DNA of 64,000 nucleotides from Thermoproteota archaeon (GTDB lineage Archaea; Thermoproteota; EX4484-205; JAAOZP01): NCBI GenBank assembly GCA_049700215.1, contig JBNAVT010000001.1, positions 61,016 to 125,015 of the forward strand, read 5' to 3'. Shown piece by piece: positions 58,977 to 64,000 of this stretch (position 1 is its first letter; each line of letters starts with the position of its first letter). The notes under the pieces were generated by a model. It saw only the letters and a program-made list of their open reading frames with translations, ran no database searches and was not told where the DNA came from. The position numbers and the translations under genes were made by a program.

Positions 58977-59379
58977 CGCCTCGGCCCTTGCAAAGTTCCT
59001 ACTTAAGGAGGTTGGATGGCAAGAAGTATATGAGGAGCTTAAAGAAGGAGTGCTTTCTACAGACCTCGTCTTGAAGGAGGTTTCCAGCGTCGTTTTAAAA
59101 AGGCTTAGGCGTGGCGAGCTTTCCAGAGAGGAAGCTGATTCAGCCCTAATGGCTTTAAAGAGACTACTGGGCAGCGCCTTAAAGATCGAGGATGAAGCAG
59201 GCTATGTCGATGAAGCAATAGGAATGGCTGTGGAGACAGGAGTAACGATCTATGATGCGCTCTACATCGTCCTCTCGAAAGCTAGGAATTCAACGCTTTT
59301 GACGGCGGACAGAAGCCAGGCGAAGGCAGCGTTAGGGAAAGGGGTTAACGTGAGGTTAATAGACGCGCGCGCCACGTAG
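58957..59379 (+). CDS. vapC: VapC PIN toxin
   Basis: VIDASALAK, KE, TIYDALY, LLTADR. Confidence 0.9.
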   Translation: MIVKVIDASALAKFLLKEVGWQEVYEELKEGVLSTDLVLKEVSSVVLKRLRRGELSREEADSALMALKRLLGSALKIEDEAGYVDEAIGMAVETGVTIYDALYIVLSKARNSTLLTADRSQAKAALGKGVNVRLIDARAT

Positions 59380-59459
59380 GAGGTCATACACAAATACATC
59401 TTTGCCTTTAAGAAGCATGTCATCGTGCGTGCTAACACCTTTATCCTTAAACTTGGGTT

Positions 59460-59683
59460 TTATATTAGCGGTAGCCTGCTTCCATTGCCGTAATGCTGCT
59501 GAACAAGCTCTGGGAACGTCTCGCCCAGAACAATCGCAACGTCGGCAACACCAATACTCCGCAGATCCTCTAAAACATACTGGCTTATAGGCTTGTTCGC
59601 ACGGGAATAAGCTGCTTAGGACCAGTGAAAGTCAAAGGCCGAAGCCTAGTTCCAGCACCACCATGCAGGATAATCCCCTTCAT
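59460..59683 (-). pseudogene. N-terminal fragment of glucose-1-phosphate thymidylyltransferase (RmlA-like)
   Basis: [27 protein letters not shown](V)[13 protein letters not shown]..., frameshifted and truncated after about 75 codons. Confidence 0.85.
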
Positions 59684-59973
59684 TTTTCGACACTCCTATG
59701 GCCTTTCAAGAAGACTTATAGTACGCTAGCACCATCCTTAGCCGTGAGCCTCACGTTGAAAACACTGCACGCTGATCTTACATCAGAAAGACCCAGTATG
59801 AGAGTGGAGAAAAGGAAGATGAGTACATAGACGGTCTCTGCGATATGCAGCAGAAATAGGTTTAGGATGAGGATAGCCTCTAGTGCGCGGTGGCTATGTA
59901 AACCTTTAAGGATTTATCCTGAATCGGCCATAGCATAAACCTAATAAGGCACATTAGCGGATTATTTCTCGGT

Positions 59974-60612
59974 ATGGCCAAGACCACAGTCAACCTAAAA
60001 CGCAGGATGCTTACGCTACTGAAGGAGGACGAGGAGTTCCGGTACGCCGTAATAGGTCTGCTGGGCCTCGAGGACCTTAGGAGTGGGCAGGCTAGGCTTG
60101 AGAAGGCGCAGGCTGGACTACAGGAGGCTGTCGAGAAGCTCGTTGGGAGGCAGGATGCTCTGGAGAAGGCTGTCGAGAAGCTCGTTGAGGCCCAGGTGAG
60201 GACAGATAGCGCACTGCAGGAACTCTCCAGACATGTTGGCAGGCTGTCGGACACGATAGGCTTCGGACTTGAGGACATAGCTAGGGTGGTTGTGCCAGGA
60301 TGGCTCTACAGGCACGAAGGGATAGAGGTGGAAGAACTGGTCAGAAAGTTAATTAGGGTTGACGGCGAGGAGGTGGAGATAAACCTCTATGGAGAGGGCA
60401 AGAGGAGGGACGCGAAGATAATCATCCTAGGCGAGGCAAAGTCTAGGATATACCCCGGCGACATAGAGGAGTTCGACAAATCTGCCGAGAAGGCCAAAAA
60501 GACAATGGCCGACGGCGTGTACAAGCTGATGTTCGGATACTACGTGCACCCTTCGGCAGAGCAGGAGGCGGAGAGGAGAGGCATAACGCTCATAGCATCG
60601 TACATGAGATAG
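59974..60612 (+). CDS. Coiled-coil plus PD-(D/E)xK-like protein (DUF3782/DUF1626-like archaeal family)
   Basis: LLKEDEEFRYAV.GLLG, AVEKLV repeat, G..LED, EINLYG, LGEAKS. Confidence 0.75.
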   Translation: MAKTTVNLKRRMLTLLKEDEEFRYAVIGLLGLEDLRSGQARLEKAQAGLQEAVEKLVGRQDALEKAVEKLVEAQVRTDSALQELSRHVGRLSDTIGFGLEDIARVVVPGWLYRHEGIEVEELVRKLIRVDGEEVEINLYGEGKRRDAKIIILGEAKSRIYPGDIEEFDKSAEKAKKTMADGVYKLMFGYYVHPSAEQEAERRGITLIASYMR

Positions 60613-61390
60613 AAGGTAACTAGACAGCACGCCAGCGGCATCTTTTTATAGCCTCGAGCTCGACCTCAGCGACAAGTTGGTCGCTAGGGATTTAGACCTG
60701 ACGAGGAAGGTAGCGTTTGTGAACCTGGGGTCGGGCTTCCCGTGATCGGCAGGTCCCAGCTCATAGCCGATATCACCATCCGGTAAACGAAGCCCGACAA
60801 ATTGTTAATCAGTCTGATGACCATAAGCCACCTCTAACAATCGCTAGACCAGGTGCATTCGATTCACATTCTCCTACGTCCACGTGTAGCTTTTTAAACC
60901 TCTTCACGGCTTAGGTCCACCTCCACGTTGATAGTCCTCTCCTTAAAGAATTGTATGATTTCGATCGCTTTATCCAAGTTTCCCCAAGCATTCATTCTCA
61001 ATCTGAAGCCATTAAACTCCACTGAGAGGTCATCGACATACCATTTTGCTTTGAAGCGTGATATTTTTCCTTGAGCTCTCTTCAGCCTGAACCTTCAGCG
61101 TTTTAACAGCACTAGCATAGCCTTCGTAGTATTCCCTGTAAAGCTCAAGCACTCTTTCAGCTTTGAGCCTACAACCGTATTGTATAGTGTAGCGCGCGCG
61201 CTAAGCCTCGTAGACTAGAGTCCCAAACCCTTTGGTTAAACGCCACAGCCTACCAGGTTTAATGGGATAGTTGGTGAACAAAAGCTTCCCGACGAGGTTA
61301 ACGTAGTATCGCCAATCCTGCCGTTAGCACGAGTATAAACCAGGGTAGAGAAGGCTGAACAGGCTGAGACTCTACGCGCGCGAAGCCTAA

Positions 61391-61975
61391 CTACAGACGT
61401 GTATATTCCGTGAATGCTAAAGCATCCTTCGCAGCCATGTATAGGAAGTCCCCCAGATCACCGTCCCACGCGTGGCCCCTCTTCTCAGCCTCAGACTTGA
61501 AAATATCGTATATGAAGAATAGAGCGGGGTTAACCCTTATTTTGATGCTTATCTTGTCCTTATGAATCTCCTCAAGCTCGCCCATGGGCACGCGCGCGCT
61601 TTTGACCACGTTCCCTTCATCCTTATCGGTACTGCTTTGAGTGGCGTTAGTTGGTGGTGACGGAGGTGGTTGCGTGCCAACGTCTTGGCGAGCGTGGCCA
61701 ACCATCCTCTTATAAAGCTCATCTACGATGCTTGTTACAAGTGCACCCGAGTCGAGAGGAGGAGTATTAGGGTTATCACCCTTCGACGCAGAAACCGCTT
61801 TTTCTATGCTCGATGAGTGCTTTATTCTAATGTTGCCATAGAGCCCATTTTTGTACGGAATTCGGCACCGCATATTTCGCACTTGAAAGGCATTAATACT
61901 GCTTATTCTCAGGTTGTTTAAAAACCTTTCTTTAAGCACTTTTCCAGTACATTTTAAGCACGCTTTAGTAAACAC
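61391..61975 (-). CDS. Hypothetical protein (real start probably downstream of the annotated one)
   Basis: ORF track; the 5' part runs through the repeat array, while the C-terminal half looks protein-like. Confidence 0.4.
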   Translation of the reverse strand: MFTKACLKCTGKVLKERFLNNLRISSINAFQVRNMRCRIPYKNGLYGNIRIKHSSSIEKAVSASKGDNPNTPPLDSGALVTSIVDELYKRMVGHARQDVGTQPPPSPPTNATQSSTDKDEGNVVKSARVPMGELEEIHKDKISIKIRVNPALFFIYDIFKSEAEKRGHAWDGDLGDFLYMAAKDALAFTEYTRL

Positions 61976-62127
61976 GTTTTAAGCACTTCTTTAAGCATAG
62001 TTGAAGCGTTTCCCAAGCATATTCGAAACGTAAGCTACTTCAAAGCACTTTCCAAGCGCATTTTCAAGCACAAGTGCATAAAGCAAATGCACAAATGAAG
62101 CACATTTTAAAGCACATTTCTAAGCAC
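61934..62127. repeat. Phased array of about 14 AAGCAC-like hexamers
   Basis: AAGC(A/G/T) at 61934, 61956, 61981, 61993, 62004, 62015, 62032, 62043, 62054, 62066, 62081, 62098, 62110, 62122. Confidence 0.75.
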
Positions 62128-62232
62128 TTGCTAGGTACATAATAGCGCGCGCTAGGCTCTCCAAGTATTCTCAGAGTTGGGTAGCGAGAAGAGGCTTATA
62201 CTAATCGTCTTGGAGGCGCGCGCCAATAGCGT

Positions 62233-62514
62233 GTGCACGGCGGCTTAAGGCGATGGGTTGCGATGGCTAGGAGGAGGGGGTTTACGAAGGGGGATGCGAA
62301 CAGGCTGATAGATAGTGTGCTACACCCGTTCATGAAGGGTGAGGCGAGGATACCGGTCATGGTGCTTGACGCGCTGGCGCACGCGATGGTTGAGCAGAAC
62401 CCTAGAAAAAGCATGATGAAGTTCATGAGGTACACGGCGCCGAAGCTTCTGGATGAGGCCGCTAAGAGTAGGCGGGGAGGACGGGCTCGCAGGCATAAGA
62501 GAAAACCACCTTAG
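62233..62514 (+). CDS. Small basic hypothetical protein
   Basis: MARRRG... with Arg/Lys-rich termini. Confidence 0.5.
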   Translation: MHGGLRRWVAMARRRGFTKGDANRLIDSVLHPFMKGEARIPVMVLDALAHAMVEQNPRKSMMKFMRYTAPKLLDEAAKSRRGGRARRHKRKPP

Positions 62515-62610
62515 AGTTTATCAGGCTCTTTTCCTTCTTTCTCACCAACAATATTTAAAGCGTATAGAGGTGCTCCGGACCGTGATTATGGTCAATAGTG
62601 CATACTACAT

Positions 62611-63990
62611 TTATTCATCAGCGCCTTGTGCTAAACTGTAGTCCCTATCAATAAGTAAGGAGTGGCACACTGGACACCAGATAGAGAGCGGGAGCGCTAT
62701 GGGGTATTCATCTAAGCTTTTCGGCGAGTCGACTGCAAACCGCGTGTGGCAATTTGAGCATTTGTAGGTCCTGAAGCTGGGCATCAGACGGTCAATGATC
62801 ACTTTTTTAGCCGCCTCGACGGCGCTTGGCGACGGCTTTTCTAAGACCCACTTCCACGTTCGCTCCAGGAAATCCTTGAGTTGTTCGATGTCCCCTGGGG
62901 TTTTGGCGTTCATCAGCGTGACTATCGCCTTGCTCAGCTCTATCTCTTCGTGCCGTTTCTCCACGCTTTCTTTCAACGCTTTCTCTTCTGCCGTTAAGCC
63001 CTTTATGCTGTTCTCCAACTCCTCCTTGTGCTTCTCCAACCCCTCGATTTCCCCGGTCAGGGTAACAACTTTAGCCTCGGCATCTTTACATCGCTGTCTC
63101 AGATTCTCAACCTCTTTTTCAAGCCTCGATTTTTCCGCGTCGAGTCTAGAAACCCTTAGTTTAGTATCCTTCTCCGACTCAGCTAAAGCCATTAGGCTTC
63201 CGTTTAAAGTTGATAGTGATTTTTCAAGGTCCTCCTTGACCCTTTCCCGGCTTTTGATGGTTTCGTTTAAACTTTCGAGTTCAACCCGCTTTTTACCCAC
63301 CTCTGAATTCAGGCCGTTCAGCTCCCTCTTTTTAAGCGCTATCTGCCCATCCAGCTCGGCAAGACCCATGCGCCGATAGAGGTTCTCCAGCAGGGCTTTG
63401 ACTCCGCCATAACTTTTAGTATGCATGCTGAGCGACTTCAGCGTGGGTAGGTCATATCCCAAACCCGTAAGCTGTCTCACGGCCTCTATCTCCATCCTGA
63501 GCCTTGAAGCCTCCTGTCTCGCCTTTTCAAGTTCCTGCCTCTCCCCCTCTAACCCCTTGCATAATCTCCGGAGCGTTTCAGCGTCTTCATTCAGTTTTCT
63601 AACCTCCTTTTCCAGCACCTTCTTTCTTTCTGCCAATGACTCTGTTTCAGACAATTCTTTTACAATGTTCTCCGCATCCCCACCCGTCTCCTCCACGTTT
63701 TTAAGCAGGGCTTTCACGCGCCGAAGGTTCTTCACATCCAGCCCGTACTCCTTCAGGAAATCCCTAAGCCCCGTGTACTCGTTGAGCTGCTCAACCGTCA
63801 CCTGCTTGTCTCTGAGCGCGCCCTCCTTCTCCTTCCTTATTTTTCTGATATCCTCCTCAAGCTTCCTCTCCTCCTCTGAGAGCGCCTTATACTTCGTCAG
63901 CAGCTCGTCGTATTCCAACCCGGTCTCCTCTCTCAGCCTAGAGAGCGCGCGCGCTTTAGCCGTGGGTAGTTCACGCGAATTCAGCCCCAT
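62611..63990 (-). CDS. Long coiled-coil protein with C-terminal Zn ribbon (may extend beyond the window)
   Basis: Extended heptads; CSNC...CPVC. Confidence 0.75.
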   Translation of the reverse strand: MGLNSRELPTAKARALSRLREETGLEYDELLTKYKALSEEERKLEEDIRKIRKEKEGALRDKQVTVEQLNEYTGLRDFLKEYGLDVKNLRRVKALLKNVEETGGDAENIVKELSETESLAERKKVLEKEVRKLNEDAETLRRLCKGLEGERQELEKARQEASRLRMEIEAVRQLTGLGYDLPTLKSLSMHTKSYGGVKALLENLYRRMGLAELDGQIALKKRELNGLNSEVGKKRVELESLNETIKSRERVKEDLEKSLSTLNGSLMALAESEKDTKLRVSRLDAEKSRLEKEVENLRQRCKDAEAKVVTLTGEIEGLEKHKEELENSIKGLTAEEKALKESVEKRHEEIELSKAIVTLMNAKTPGDIEQLKDFLERTWKWVLEKPSPSAVEAAKKVIIDRLMPSFRTYKCSNCHTRFAVDSPKSLDEYPIALPLSIWCPVCHSLLIDRDYSLAQGADE

Positions 63991-64000
63991 CCAGTGCTCC

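Noticed and set aside
61934-62127. CRISPR array
   Set aside because: Units are degenerate 6-mers at about 11-bp spacing, with no 25-40-bp repeats, unique spacers or cas genes.
866-63379. Many antisense or shadow ORFs in the track (e.g. 6033-6836, 25967-26527, 45573-46253, 62795-63379)
   Set aside because: They lie opposite well-supported genes and have Ser/Leu/Pro-rich shadow composition with no motifs.
62611-63990. SMC/Rad50 ATPase
   Set aside because: No Walker B or signature motif at the C-terminus, which is a Zn ribbon instead.

Overview
A 64-kb window of an archaeal chromosome. It looks like a thermophilic TACK-type genome with many TTG/GTG starts and TATA-box promoters, but the lineage cannot be fixed from sequence alone. 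The core is a translation/KEOPS superoperon (fni-gltX-rpl7ae-rps28e-rpl24e-adk-infB-rps6e-eif2g-PIN-rpoE1-spt4-DPCK-rps24e-rps27ae-kae1-bud32 ... rdgB ... rps15-recJ-pcc1-serS-rps3ae), a thr operon, rpl15e-cimA and an archaeal-type (ADH pathway) aromatic amino acid operon. Accessory DNA includes: (i) an AT-rich island in the 3' end of rdgB with a TGT/DpdA-like protein, a LAGLIDADG nuclease and an unknown ORF; (ii) a polymorphic-toxin-like locus (membrane-anchored partner, 1683-aa exported protein with a C-terminal PD-(D/E)xK nuclease, candidate immunity gene, orphan toxin tip, second immunity paralog); (iii) secreted DNRLRE/FG-GAP and C39-peptidase-like proteins; (iv) several toxin-antitoxin pairs and a probable integrated element with a phased AAGCAC array. 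The most notable non-coding signals are a Phe/Tyr-rich leader ORF with mutually exclusive anti-SD pairings in front of the aro operon, and a recurrent TAGCGCGCGCTA-type palindrome sitting at rearrangement junctions. Several single-base homopolymer frameshifts in accessory genes may be sequencing errors. No rRNA, tRNA or CRISPR array was recognised. All family calls are from motif recognition, not database searches.
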